A stretch of DNA of 63,975 nucleotides, filler included, from Basidioascus undulatus (lineage: Eukaryota): assembly GCA_000826855.1 (NCBI GenBank). It is 6 parts of 6 records of this genome, joined end to end, with 100 filler letters (N's around TTAATTAATTAA, not from the genome) between each part and the next. Parts side by side here need not be neighbours in the genome. Positions count along the whole stretch, not along the records: positions 10,937 to 21,768 come from JTLS01001081.1; positions 21,869 to 32,677 come from JTLS01001082.1; 4 more parts are not named here. One strand, written 5' to 3'. The notes beneath the pieces were generated by a model. That model was given only the letters and a program-made list of their open reading frames with translations. It did no database searches and had not been told where the DNA came from. The position numbers were made by a program, and so were the translations under genes. Positions 13,234-24,866 of the stretch are shown here, piece by piece (position 1 is the first letter of the stretch; each line of letters opens with the position of its first letter).

Positions 13234-13909
13234 CGTCAGGGGAGAATGACGCGGTGTCTTGAGAACTTACGGCAAAGATTTACGCAAGAGTACAAGAAAG
13301 GAAGGATGTCAGGTGTACGTTCAGCTTATAATAGAGAGGTTACGCACAACGTGAGCTTCGATGTAAACGCATCTAGCCGCGCGAGATCAGGCAGCCACGT
13401 TTGTCCATTTTGCCGCGTCTTTCTTTATTTTCTCGACATCCTTCTTACTACTACGGCTCTTGACACCTGGATCTTAGAGAAGATACATTGAAATCTGTAC
13501 ACAATTTGGACCAGGTTGAAGATGTCATCATCCAGAGGACAAAAAAGCCCTCAAAAGATCAGAAAGGCGTCAACGAGAGAGAGAGGAGAGGTACCACCTG
13601 GCTAGCGACGTTTACGTGAATTTGCGCAACCAGCCTAATGTCCAAATGACGGGGTACATTTACCTTACGAAGGAGGGGGGAAAAACTGAGGGACACCCGA
13701 CTTGAACGGATAACCTTGCGATCTGGAGTCGCACGCGCTACCATTGCGCCAGCCCCCCGTTGCGCTCCTGGCTCAAGGCTGGATTATAAGTCGTTTTGTG
13801 ATTAGGACCTGGTGCACCGGCGTCCAGGTCAGCCAGGCGTCACGCTTTGCTTCTTCGCGCTCTTCCACTCCCTCCGTACACCTCGATCTTCCGTCGGCTC
13901 ATCGCTAAC

Positions 13910-15490
13910 ATGCCGCCCGTGGTCTCCGTCATCGACCTTCCGATCGCAGAGCTCCTCTCTTTTTCGAGCCTCAAAAACCTGTCGCTCGTATGTCGCGCCA
14001 CCTCGAAGGCCGCCAGCCCGCGCCTCTTTCGTTATTTTCATGCGCGCCGTCTCCTGCTGTACAAGTCCCATCGTAAGACCTGCGCAGAATTGTCGACGGG
14101 ACCTGGGAGTACGTGCGCTGTGTCCGGTCAGTATTTCATCGATCTTGCGCCTCGCGTACAGGAGTCAGGAGCGGGAGCTGAACTTTGAACCTTCCAGCCG
14201 CCTCAAATTGCTCATTCCGGTTAGACACAACACTCCGTTTCCTAATCCATATTATTCGATCGAGCACTACGCTGCAGATTTTATTCTGGCTTTCCCGAAC
14301 TTGCAGCACCTCGCCATCCGCGCTCTGGGCGACGTCGAACCTGCAGACGATCTGAACCTCCTTGCGCACACTATCGCGGCATCAGGATCGTTGCGTTCTC
14401 TCGACCTCAAAAGCGTATGTTGCGACAACTGGCGCCTCCATTCCCGTGCGGCGAAGGACTCAGGGTGATCACCCTCGCTGCGCCTACCCTCGTATCTCTC
14501 GTCGTGCACGGCCGACAACCCGTTCTTCACGAATTCATTCCCAACAGGTTACCAGAGCTGCGCGAGTTCAAATGCATCGGTCCTTCCTTGTTGTGGTGGC
14601 TCGATCCCTCCTGCTTGCAGCCGTTCTTCGCTGCTCACCCACGTCTCGAAACACTTCAAATTCCCTTCGCTGGCCGATTCTTAACTCTCGCCGATTGCCC
14701 CTTCCTCCGGCATTTCTCTTTCGAGTCGGAGCCCTTCAATTTCCAAGAGATACTGGCCATCCTGGACACACTCCCGAATCCGCATCTTCTGCGCCACCTT
14801 GATGTCACCATCAGTGAGGAATCGCCAGACGCGGAACTCGTTACGAGAGTCGGTGAGCGTATCAATGGACTGGCTCGAACTGGACAGTTCCTGGGAGCGC
14901 GACGATCCGCTTTCTAGCGTACGTACCGCCACGTCCCGTCAGGTATCCGATACTCTCCCCGGAGCACTGCTGAGTCCTGCACCTTTCCAGACTTCCATAT
15001 CCGCTTTTATCGGCCGTTCCCTCGCTCCGACGTCTTCATCTTCGCTCATACGCGGCCCCTGTCCCGTCCTGTGCCGAACTGCCGTACCTCCCTTCCTATC
15101 GCATGCAGCTCGAGTTCGATGACCTGACCTCGTCCGACGCCGAGATCTCCAACAAGGAAGCTCTGGAGGAGAAGTATAAGGACTTACAGTCAGACGAAAT
15201 CTATCACTGAGCACGTGGGATCCGGTGGTGGAAGGTCGACCTGGCTACGCTTACGCGGGAGCAACTGAAGCAGCTGGAGTGGCTGAAATAGGAGGGAATC
15301 CTCCATTCGTGCGTTGGCGATCTAGACGAGTCGAGCCGTCACGTTGCCCTCGACGTGTACGTGGAGAGGCAGGGCGAGCAGGTCGCTTTGCGGGGAGTGT
15401 TCTCCTTCACGCCTGCTCGTTTGGGACTGGACGGGGCGGGCCCGAGGGGCGGGACGCTATTTCGTCTCGCTGTGAAAAGCACGGTTGAGA
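13910..15490 (+). pseudogene. F-box-like / leucine-rich-repeat protein pseudogene
   Basis: MPPVVSVIDLPIAELLSFSSLKNLSLVCRATSKAASPRLF (F-box-like), then LRR-like repeats (FPNLQHLAI, SLRSLDL, LPELREF, HPRLETLQI, VPSLRRLHL). Frameshift near 14430 and in-frame stops near 15208 and 15289. Confidence 0.7.
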
Positions 15491-15948
15491 TCTGGTGTTC
15501 TCGCGCATGTACGTTGCCCTGCCTCAACGTTGTTCACTCGCTTTGTGTGCATTTTCTGTGTGCACTTTGGTTTAGTATGTTATCATTTGCCTTTTTTCAT
15601 CAGAATCCAATGCATGGCGATCGCGCACTACCCTGAGCAAATCGACGGTTTCAAGGGGCGATGCCGCTCTACAACCTTCCCGTCCTCCCCGTCTGTCCCG
15701 CTGCACACTCGCCTTGATATACGAGTAGAGCCTGTCAGCCTGTCTGAAAAGACACCGCTTCCATCCCTTGGCCATATTGTGGATGTTGCTTTCCAAGATT
15801 CAACATCCCGAACCTATCTTCGCGTCCCTTGTCCGCCTCCTCAAATTCCCCTCCCTCGGCCCCTTCCATCGCTTGAAGAGCCTAGTTCCTGGGTTCATCA
15901 TCATACTCACACTGACTAGCATTTTATACTTACTCTCAAGCCGCGCTG

Positions 15949-16983
15949 ATGGGATTCGGCCGCATCACATTCGCGTTCGCCCTGGTTGCGACGCTGTTTA
16001 CTCTTGGGCGAGCAGAGCTCGCTATCTACCTTCCCGACGCCGTGCGCTCCTCAGCGCGCATCATGAAATTACTTTTGCCTCATTCCGGCAACCTTTCACT
16101 TTGCAGAATCACTACTGGACCTACGGTAGCTCGCAGCAGATCATGTGCCTTGTCTCCAAGCTGCTTATCGCGGAAGAAGCGGACCTGACTTCTGCGGAGG
16201 CGGCAGCGCGTGGACCGGAGAAGAGCCAGCGCATTTCATTGCTTGGATTACCAACACCAATTCATCTGCTTTGGGCAACCTGTGAGTTATTCCGTGCCGT
16301 CCGGAGTAGGGGTGGGCTCAACGCTGACGAGCTGCCAAAAAGGGAACTTCCGTTGACGGGGGTTGTCGATGGTCAGTCTTTTGGTACTTTCCCTGGGCCT
16401 TAAAAGGCTCCCCTATGTGTTCATGGTCCGCCTTGAGCTCACACGGCGGCTTTCGACCCGTGCAGCAAAAGTTGCCAATCTGACTATCGACACGTCCGCT
16501 ACCGCCGTTACCGCCAACATCACTATGATGGTTCCGGGAAGCGGCTATCAGCTTGTTTTCAAGAACGTTGTGCGTCTTTTTCGATCACATTCCAATACGC
16601 TTGGCGTCTGAGCGTCCTTTGATACTGAACATTTGCGTTCTAACCCTCAACAGACAAACGGCAACGAAATCTTCGCCCGCAGCGAGGAATTTGAAGTCCT
16701 TATGACACCAAGTACGTCCACTGCTGATAATATTCAATTCAAGTTCTCTTGCAGCTTTCATGGCTGAGGGCTTACGTTCATCTTCACAGGCACGCCGACC
16801 GCCGAGACAACCACGCACAGCTTCACCGGTGCGAGCACCCCTTCCTCGGCAGCTCCATCGTCCACTTCGGAGACGGGGTCTCCGGACGGAGACAGCAGAG
16901 CTGAATCCCTCCATGCGTACTGGACGCCAATTGTGGGCGTTCTGGCGGCGGCGGTTGCGGCGGCGGTTGCGGCGGCGGTTTGA
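15949..16983 (+). CDS. Secreted GPI-anchored Ser/Thr-rich protein with Kre9/Knh1-like N-terminal domain (multi-exon)
   Basis: Signal peptide MGFGRITFAFALVATLFTLGRA. Exons encode PGSGYQLVF and EIFARSEEFEV, typical of the GPI-anchored Kre9/KNH-like fold. S/T-rich stalk, then hydrophobic tail IVGVLAAAVAAAVAAAV and TGA at 16981-16983. Confidence 0.78.
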
Positions 16984-17918
16984 AGGCCAGGTTGCGGAGG
17001 CGGATGAGTTTGATGTGTTGATACCCACTGTTGTCGATCATTTCGTGTAATTTTCCCCTAATATTTTCTGTTAAATTTCTGTAACCAAGGTCGATGGATG
17101 CAGTTCTCAACGCTATTCTCTGAACGGGGTTTTGCTTGTGGAACGCCAAAGGGCGTTGCCCCGTCTCTGCGTCCTCTAAAGCTGTCCTAACAGTATAAAA
17201 TAACTATCTCTGAAGGGTTTCATACCCAAAAAGCTAGCATTCAGTACCGGTCAGTTCAGCCTTTGCAGACCTCTACCGTCTCGTTCTGTTTCCAGCCTTT
17301 ACTGCATGTCTAACGAACGCACATTAATCAGTTTGGGTAATAAGAGAACTCCCCACCGGCAGTTTCAGTCTCCCATTCTTCATCCGGCCATATGGATCTT
17401 TACATGGTGGACGTAGGAGGGCAAGCTCGTTTCGTAGATATGATTCCACAACGTCCCAGATACTCCTGAAGACCAGTCTGCCGCGATATCAGCATAGCAG
17501 GCCATGAGACTGAGGTGTCGAATGAGGTCTCGTCGCAACTGTCCTGCTAATGAAACAGAACTCTACCAGCCTTAAACTCAAGCACGTAGACCTGGTTCTG
17601 TAACCTTTAATCATCCAAAGTCACACAGCAAGGGATTGGAACGAGCGGGCGCACACACTGTGCACTACAGCTCGGTGGACCTTACTGTGAAACAAACTTC
17701 CGGTCTCGAAACGGCTGGCTCGGAGTGCCCCCAACTTACGGATTTATGCTAGGGCTATCTGGTTATAGGATTATGCTCATAGAAGGGAGGACGCCATTGG
17801 TGAAGGTCACCCACTCAACTGAGGCAAGTTGCCGTTCAATTCACCCGGGGTGACTCAAAACCATTATGCCTAGCGACAAAAGAAAATCTCAAAATTGCCT
17901 TGCCTAACTCCTTTGGCA

Positions 17919-20122
17919 ATGTCCCTGCCCTTGACCGACTGGCGTACGCGGTTCAACGAGCGAAATTTGGACGGCCCGCAGGCTGCCGCCGTGCCGCCAT
18001 CATCCTCGCAAACTCCTGCTGCCCTTACGACTTTCGATTATCTGACCCAGATCATGGAGCCTAAATCAATAGTTTGGCTTATCAATCTCGCTCTGTCAGA
18101 CGACGTCATTCTCATGGTGTGCTCCGGGTCCCGTTCGCCCCCGTCCGAGCTGAGCGTGCAACGTGCGGCTGACGTTCCGACGTGCAGCTCGACCGCTTTC
18201 TTTCGACCAAGTGTCGCACGGTCGAACACTTGCCAGACACGATAGCCTTTCCTGCACCTTACCTCTCCATTCTCGAGGGCAAGCCGCTAGCTGAACGGCC
18301 GTAACAGCTGTGTCTGACTTCGCCGTGGGAAGCGGGGGACTCGAAGGTCGATTCTGAACTACCGGCCTTTTCGTCTACCTAGCTGACGCGTTTGGAGAGT
18401 GCAGAAGAACTACGAGTTCAGGAGGCAGCGCTTGATCCCTGAAGCGTTCAATGTTGTCGTAAGCTGCTGCCAGGGGACTGCTTCGGCGGAGAGCTTCGAA
18501 GTTGACTGAAAGACCTGCAGCCTCACGCCCTCACCATCATTCGTCTCGACCCCGCGTCGGTGCTCATAGCCCTGCTCAATAGCCCTACCCAGCGTCCCGA
18601 GTCGCCTCCCCTCATCGGCTGTTCGAGCACCGCACGTTCGATCTGTCCCACAGCGGTTGGGAAGGATCTTTCGGTGGCCGACGCAATCCGTTCAAGGACT
18701 GTGTGTGTTGTCGCTTTTATCACAGAATGAGAAGTGAGTCTTACCTTCTATTGTAAATCTAATCACTTATGTCGCCCTCGCTTATCAAGATGCTCGGCGG
18801 AAATCAGTGTGAAACCGGGCCTGACCATCGTTACAATTAGCCGTACTTCGGTACGCCTTGACCTCACGCTCAACCACCTCCACAACAGTTCATCTCATCT
18901 GGTGTTTTTCGGTAGGATGTATTTACCTACGGTCCTCGGCACCAGACTGGCGACCCTGCTTGCGTGGCTATCAACTGGTGAGTGCTGAGGCGGAGGTTTA
19001 TTGTTGGACAGCCCGCTGATTCCTCCTTCTGGAAACAGGCTGGACGACGCTCTACTACTCGGGCGTAGGGACCTCAGCGGCAACTTCCTCAAGACTCTGA
19101 GCCAATGGAATTCTCCACGCACCCTCTGCGACAGTCCTCAGGGGTACCTCCCTTTCCTGAATTACTACGTCTGCCTCACCCTCCCCGCATCCTGCCTGTA
19201 CGAGGCCCGTCCGCTCGAGAACCTCACCATTTTCCTCGCTCCCGAGCTCAAGCTACCAAAAACCACCACCGTCGCGCTCTGGCGGCGTATCGAGCGCGTG
19301 GGCGGAGGGGTCCGCGCTGTCAAGGAGAAGACTCTGAAAGGGCGGTTGCTGGGCGTGGACGTCGTGGTGGGGCCGTATCGGGATGGGGAGGTCTCGAGGT
19401 ATCTATCTACCGCGCATACCATGTGTTATTCCCTTAGTGTGTGAGTAACAGGCGATTCGGCAGAACCTCTTCATCGGGAATTTAATCTGGCTGCTCAGCG
19501 TGCTCGATAAGGGCGTTTTCTCGGACCCTCGAGACCGCCACTTCCATCAGTGCGCGTTCATTGGATTCTTCATCTTCCGACAGGAAACTGACCTTTCCTA
19601 CCCTGCCAGTCCGCTGCCTCGCGGCAAGCCGCCGTTCAAAGAGTACACGTACGGCGCGGGGGACAACATGATCGACGAGGTCAAAGTCTATGTCACCGAA
19701 CTTCTCGATGTGCTTCAGGGCTAGTGCGTTCTCATTATCCTCCCGGACCGACCGCGCGAAAGCTGACTCCCTCCTGTCTTCCGAATTCAGCGGGCCGAGG
19801 TTCACGCCCCTGCTTGGCTTCCCCGATCATGGTCTCATCGCCGTACGGTGAGGCCTTTCCGGCTCAACTCCCTCGAGACTGCACAGTGTTTCCTCGGTTA
19901 ATCTGTCACATCAAACCCACAGCGCCTGACAGACCTACCCCTCCGACTGGCCGTCCGAAAGCTTCCACTCGATCGAGTGGCTCTAAGACTGCTTCCTTGC
20001 CTGGGAGCACCTCGACCCGGCCTCGTCGAGCCGGTACCGTCCGACGGCGAAACTGCCTCTACGACCGTTCGAGCCGCGCCGCCTGACGACGAGCGACCTG
20101 CGGGAGCTGGGCGGGATGTGAG
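17919..20122 (+). pseudogene. Second Rtt107/Brc1-like multi-BRCT gene with a premature stop in the last BRCT repeat
   Basis: Exons read AINWLDDALLLG; PLENLTIFL...LWRRIERVGG...VDVVVGPYRDGE; AIRQNLFIGNLIWLLSVLDKGVFSDP; PFKEYTY...VYVTELLDVLQG; SIEWL*DCFLAWEHLDPASSSRY with TAA at 19984-19986. Confidence 0.65.
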
Positions 20123-21030
20123 GAGACGGTGGAAGGGGGCGGGGAAGGTGCGTGTTGGGTTTTATGAGGGGGATCGTTCGGGACAGGGGCTGATCATTGG
20201 AGGACGGTGATGGAACAGATCTACGGGAGAAAGTCCAGGGATGGGAGCGCGGTAGGCGCTGGCCTTGAGCAGTACGGCCATGAGCTTGCGTCAGAAAAGT
20301 CATGATAGCGTCTGTGAACACCATGCTGCATATTGAGATAGAATGCAAGCTTTTAAGTTTGCTAGATAGTTAAAGACCTAAGATGCGATTTTACGCCAGG
20401 CCGAGCGTTTGACATCAGATAAGTACTGTATCGTGAATAGTTTTTGCAACGGTCGTCGGGCACTCCGAGTTTTTCCTGGTAAAGTATTCCTTGAGCAGGC
20501 ACCGACAATATACCCAAGCCTTTGCTCGCATAGTTGAAAGTGCGTTTCTTGCCAGATACACCGCGCCCGTGGCCTCGCTTTCAAGAAAGCCCGGACCAGT
20601 TGAAACTCCCGGACTTGTCCAAACAGTGAAATTATTGAAGCGTAAAGCTGTAGTGTATAACAGCAGCAGAGGGGCCAACTGAGATTGGAACTGAAGCGTT
20701 GCTGCCGTAACCGGTTAAGTTTCTCAGCGACGGCGAGGTGCAGCCGGCTGCATGCCGACTGCACATTGTCAGCCGCGGAGCCCTCACGTTGCATGAAAAA
20801 TAGATGTCAAATTATAGTGAGATGTAAACTCATGAGAGGCAACATCAGTACGTGGCGAATCCGCCGTCCAATAGGAGAGTGCAGCCCGTCCAACAGCCTT
20901 TCGGCAGTTAATCTTACTCAACAGCACCAGCTTTCTCAGGCGCTCCGGAAGTCGACAAAGCGAGGTCGATCAACACCGACAACGTCAAGGAGACAGGACC
21001 GACATCCCCACCCCATGCCCTCCCCACCAG

Positions 21031-21768
21031 CTACCCACCCGACCTCCTCTTCTTCCACCCCCTTCCGCCCCCACCCCTCCCCTTCCACCCTCCTCCACCA
21101 CGCCCATACCCGCCCCTCCGACCCCACGTCTTCCCCGGCGCCTTCTTCGGGCCTGGCTTAGCCTTTCTCCCCATCCACCCAACACCCCACCCCACATCAG
21201 CATTTTCTCCCCCACCTTCACTTTCTTCAGACGCACCTCGATAAACTCCCACTCCCCCCTCTGCATCCTCGCCGGGACCTGGCTATCCTCCTCCTCGTCC
21301 CCAACTGCATCCGCCTCCCCGACTCCCACACGAGCGCTCCGATGCCCCCTCCCCCCTTCCCCCGCACCTAAGCGCAAGAACTGGTTGAGGTACGAGTCCC
21401 GCACGGGCGCGGGGAGCTTCGAGATTGGTGTGTAGCCGGGGGGCGGGCTCGGCTCCCTGCCCTTGCCTTTGTTCCTCCCCCGAGACTGAGCAGGGGCGGG
21501 AGCAGAGAAGACACCCTCGTCCTCCGAGGAGGAGATGTCGAATACTTGAGCAGGGGCAGCGCGGCCCTTGCTCTTGTCCGGTTTCTTCGGCACGGGGGAA
21601 GGAACTTCCGCCCCCCTTTCGAAGGAATCGAAATCGAAGTCCGGCTGGGCGTCGAACGGGTCGGAGTAGACGGAGGACGCGGAGCTGCCCGCGCGGCCAC
21701 AGGCGGGGGAGAACCCGAGGGCGGAGACGAGTGCGAGGTCGGGGGTGCGTGGCCGGCGTCCGGGAGGG
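21031..21768 (-). CDS. 3' part of an unidentified low-complexity protein with an RGG-rich basic C-terminus; truncated by the contig end
   Basis: Open frame from the contig edge (VFDISSSEDE, KGKGRE, YTPISKLPAPVRDSYLNQF), one GT-AG intron, and last exon AKPGPKKAPGKTWGRRGGYGRGGGGWKGRGGGGRGWKKRRSGG*. Confidence 0.6.
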
Positions 21769-21868
21769 NNNNNNNNNNNNNNNNNNNNNNNNNNNNNNNN
21801 NNNNNNNNNNNNTTAATTAATTAANNNNNNNNNNNNNNNNNNNNNNNNNNNNNNNNNNNNNNNNNNNN
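21769..21868. other. Artificial contig linker
   Basis: N44-TTAATTAATTAA-N44. Confidence 0.99.
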
Positions 21869-22967
21869 GCCCACCCCAAGGAGAAAATAAGCGCGCAGCA
21901 CGTCGAGCAAATGCCTGACCGGGACCGTTCAATCAACTACAGCCTACGCAACGAACGCGAAAGTCTTTCTGAGCGTACCGGTCCTGATCAAGCGCCTCGT
22001 GCAAGTGGTACTTCGCTTTTTTTAAAAGCGTGTCCTCAAGCAGCAGCAGGGCGGGGTCGCGGCTGAGGCGCGTGGCGCACGCATAGATGGCAAAGAAGAG
22101 GCATGGGTGCGGGCGCCTGCGGTGCTTGAGCAGGAGGTCCAGCGACGCTTACAGCGCGATCGCGTCGAGAATGGTGGATGCGGAAAGGTGCTTGAAGAAC
22201 ACGTCGCATCTGTGCACCAGACAAAAGGTCAGTCTTTCAGGCTGCAGGGAGAGGGGGAGAGGGACGCACAGTCTCTTGGACAGGTCCCGAGGGACTTCGT
22301 CATGTACACCAAGCTCGAAAAGACCTGGACCTCCCCAGTGAGGTGGATCTTGGAAGGGGACGAACTCCCCGAACCCGAAGTGGAGAAGAGGATCGACGCT
22401 GTTTTCAGGAGGACGGCGTGAACGTCGGGCGATGTCGAGGCTGTGTAGCTCGAGGGTGATGAGGAGCCTGGGGGCCCGAGAGTGTCGTGAAATAAAAGTA
22501 CTGGGTCGAAGGTAGGGTAGATCACGGACTGGAGGACTTGCCTTTGGCGCCGGTGAGAGACCCAGCACGGCTCTCAGAGTCACGTTCGAGCTCCTCGAGC
22601 GCTTTCTCCAGCTGGCTGCGAGTACAGAAACAAGAACTTAATGGGCTTTTCTCAGCCCTGAGACTCTAACCATAAAAGAGCTCACCGATATTTTTCTTTA
22701 ACTGGGAGATCTTGCCGCCCCCGCGCTCGTACTCGCACGCATAATTGCGCGACTTTGCGCAGCTGCCGCAGACGGGTTTGGCGGCGTCGCACTTCTGCAA
22801 AGGCACCGAGTGGATCTCTAGTTAAGTACGTGTTGGGATGTTAAAGTCTGGCGTTGAGTATCGAGGGGGGTGGAGCGCATTGGGGAGCGACTCGCCAGCT
22901 TCCGCACATGACAGCTGTCACACGCGGCACCATAGCAGATCGTAGACGACTTGGAGGGCGCTGGCAT
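21869..22967 (-). pseudogene. Zn(II)2Cys6 fungal transcription factor, disrupted; runs off the contig edge
   Basis: ATG 22967. After removing intron 22795-22895 it reads ACDSCHVRKL|KCDAAKPVCGSCAKSRNYACEYE (six Cys), then a coiled coil (QLEKALEEL). Apparent frameshift near 22588 and in-frame TAA at 22149-22151 before RPHPCLFFAIYACA. Confidence 0.8.
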
Positions 22968-23650
22968 TCCAGTACGAGCTGTTGAGCCCGTTTACTCTAA
23001 AGACAAGGCTGAGGCACCAGTGATCCAGGGTGTGAAATTATGCGTGCTTATGGCAAGCCTTGAGAGCAGGATGGGCATTTCAGAGGATGCGGCGTGTCGT
23101 GTTCACAGGATCACGGCCTTCGCCGCGGTCCGCCGCTTTTCCCCATACAGAGATTCTACTGCACGGATGCAGTGAGTTGGTGCATGCAGGCCAAGTAATT
23201 TTTCGCGTAAATGATGTCTCATTCTGGACTCGTTCCAGTCGGTGAATCTTCACTTTGTACTACATTTGCAAGTTGGAATCAAGTTCTGCGTACACTAGGC
23301 AGGCATCAACCTGAATGTCAATCTTCGTAAATATTAGTGCCCATGAAATCGATTGGAAATCCGAAATGCCTGCAGAGAAGTGTGTATCTCAGAACTCCTG
23401 GATAGGTTGTTCACTGCAGGCCCTTGACTCGAACGTCCGCACGGCATTATATGATATCCTCGCACGACGCAGCCGCTCCGGCGCGTCCTTGCCGACCGCG
23501 ACAGCTTCGTTGATACCGCAAGGAGGGCCTTTGGACATTTTTCGGGAATTTGTCGTTACGACCGATCAGCGCCAGCGCCAACCGACCAACTAGCGATCCA
23601 CGCCTCTTGACCACCTACCGCATCCACTACACTTCCTCTGACCACAACAG

Positions 23651-24767
23651 CCATAATACTTCCTCTCGAAGTCTTTGATCAAATTATCGTCCAGGTTGTT
23701 GAGGATCACCTCCTGTATCCTCTCGAGTACGGTTACCTTTTGGACGTGTACCGCGCTCTCCTGAGTCTGAGCTTGACCTGCCGATCGATCCGGGCTCTCG
23801 TTCTCCCATACTTCTATTGCACGGTCGCTCTTTTCGATCAACCGTCGGCCTTGCTGAGTCCGCACGTTCGGTTCATCCATTCACCGGCCATCTACGAGCT
23901 CTGGGTCTATGGGTGTCAAACCTACGACGTTTTGGGCTGCTACGTGCAAACAGCGCTTCTCTTCGACGCCTACGTCGCGCTCCTGTCGAAGCCAGGCCCC
24001 TCGCTCAAGCGACTCGCACTCGGCACGAACAGCCAAGTTAACGGTATCCGGCACATGCCAGAGGCTCTCCGCCGCGCGTACGCCGGCTTTACGAAACTTG
24101 AAGAGGCGAGCTGCGTACGGGACGCGTCGTAGATGTCGACGTTCGCGCCACAGGGTTGGCCGGCACCCCCGGGCACTTGGGGGCCCGCCAGTTTCCACGC
24201 GTGGACGAATCGGCCGAATCTCAAGCGGCTCACGTTGTTCGCCCTCGACCCTTACATCGGTTTCGAGGAGGCCCTGACCAGCCTCCCCGCGCTGACCCAT
24301 CTCGTCCTCGGCCGCACGCCTTGCGAAACCTACAACCATCACGATGTTGTGCTTTCGCGCCTCCCCGCTGGGCTCCGTTTCGTTGTCGCCGGCCCGAAGC
24401 ATCTTGCAGAGTTCTGGCGGGAGGAAGACCAAGATCGGCGCAAGGACTTTCTCCACCATGCGAATCTGATGGGTTTCGAAGCCGTTCCAGTCTTCGTGGA
24501 CACCGGGCTGGCCCGTGACCCTGTTCAAGCGGCGTACTGTGTCCAGCTCTATCGCGGTCAGCGCGTCATTCAGTGAAGGAATGGCTGTGGGAGCAAGTAA
24601 CGGATGGAACCCTGTGGGACGTGGAGGAGGGAAAGGTGCATCATTCGATGGAGATTGTGTGGAACGATAGCCCGGAGAGTATCTGGAGCAGGCCGCCCGG
24701 GAGTTTTGAGGACATGTTGGACATGATTGGTGCATTAATGTGGCGAAGGCAAAAGACACCACTTTGA
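23651..24767 (+). pseudogene. F-box-like protein pseudogene
   Basis: ILPLEVFDQII...YRALLSLSLTCRSIRALVLPYFY (F-box-like) with no ATG in place (ATA ATA instead). In-frame TAG at 24130-24132 between two collinear ORFs, LRR-like NLKRLTL / ALTHLVL, and a frame change near 24573. Confidence 0.72.
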
Positions 24768-24866
24768 CTTCTGCGGTTCCCTTGCCTCCCAACCTTTTTA
24801 ACGTCTCTAACGTCAAACTCAAACACGTCAAGCAAGTGCGACGTTATTCTGGTCGGCATGCAAGGT

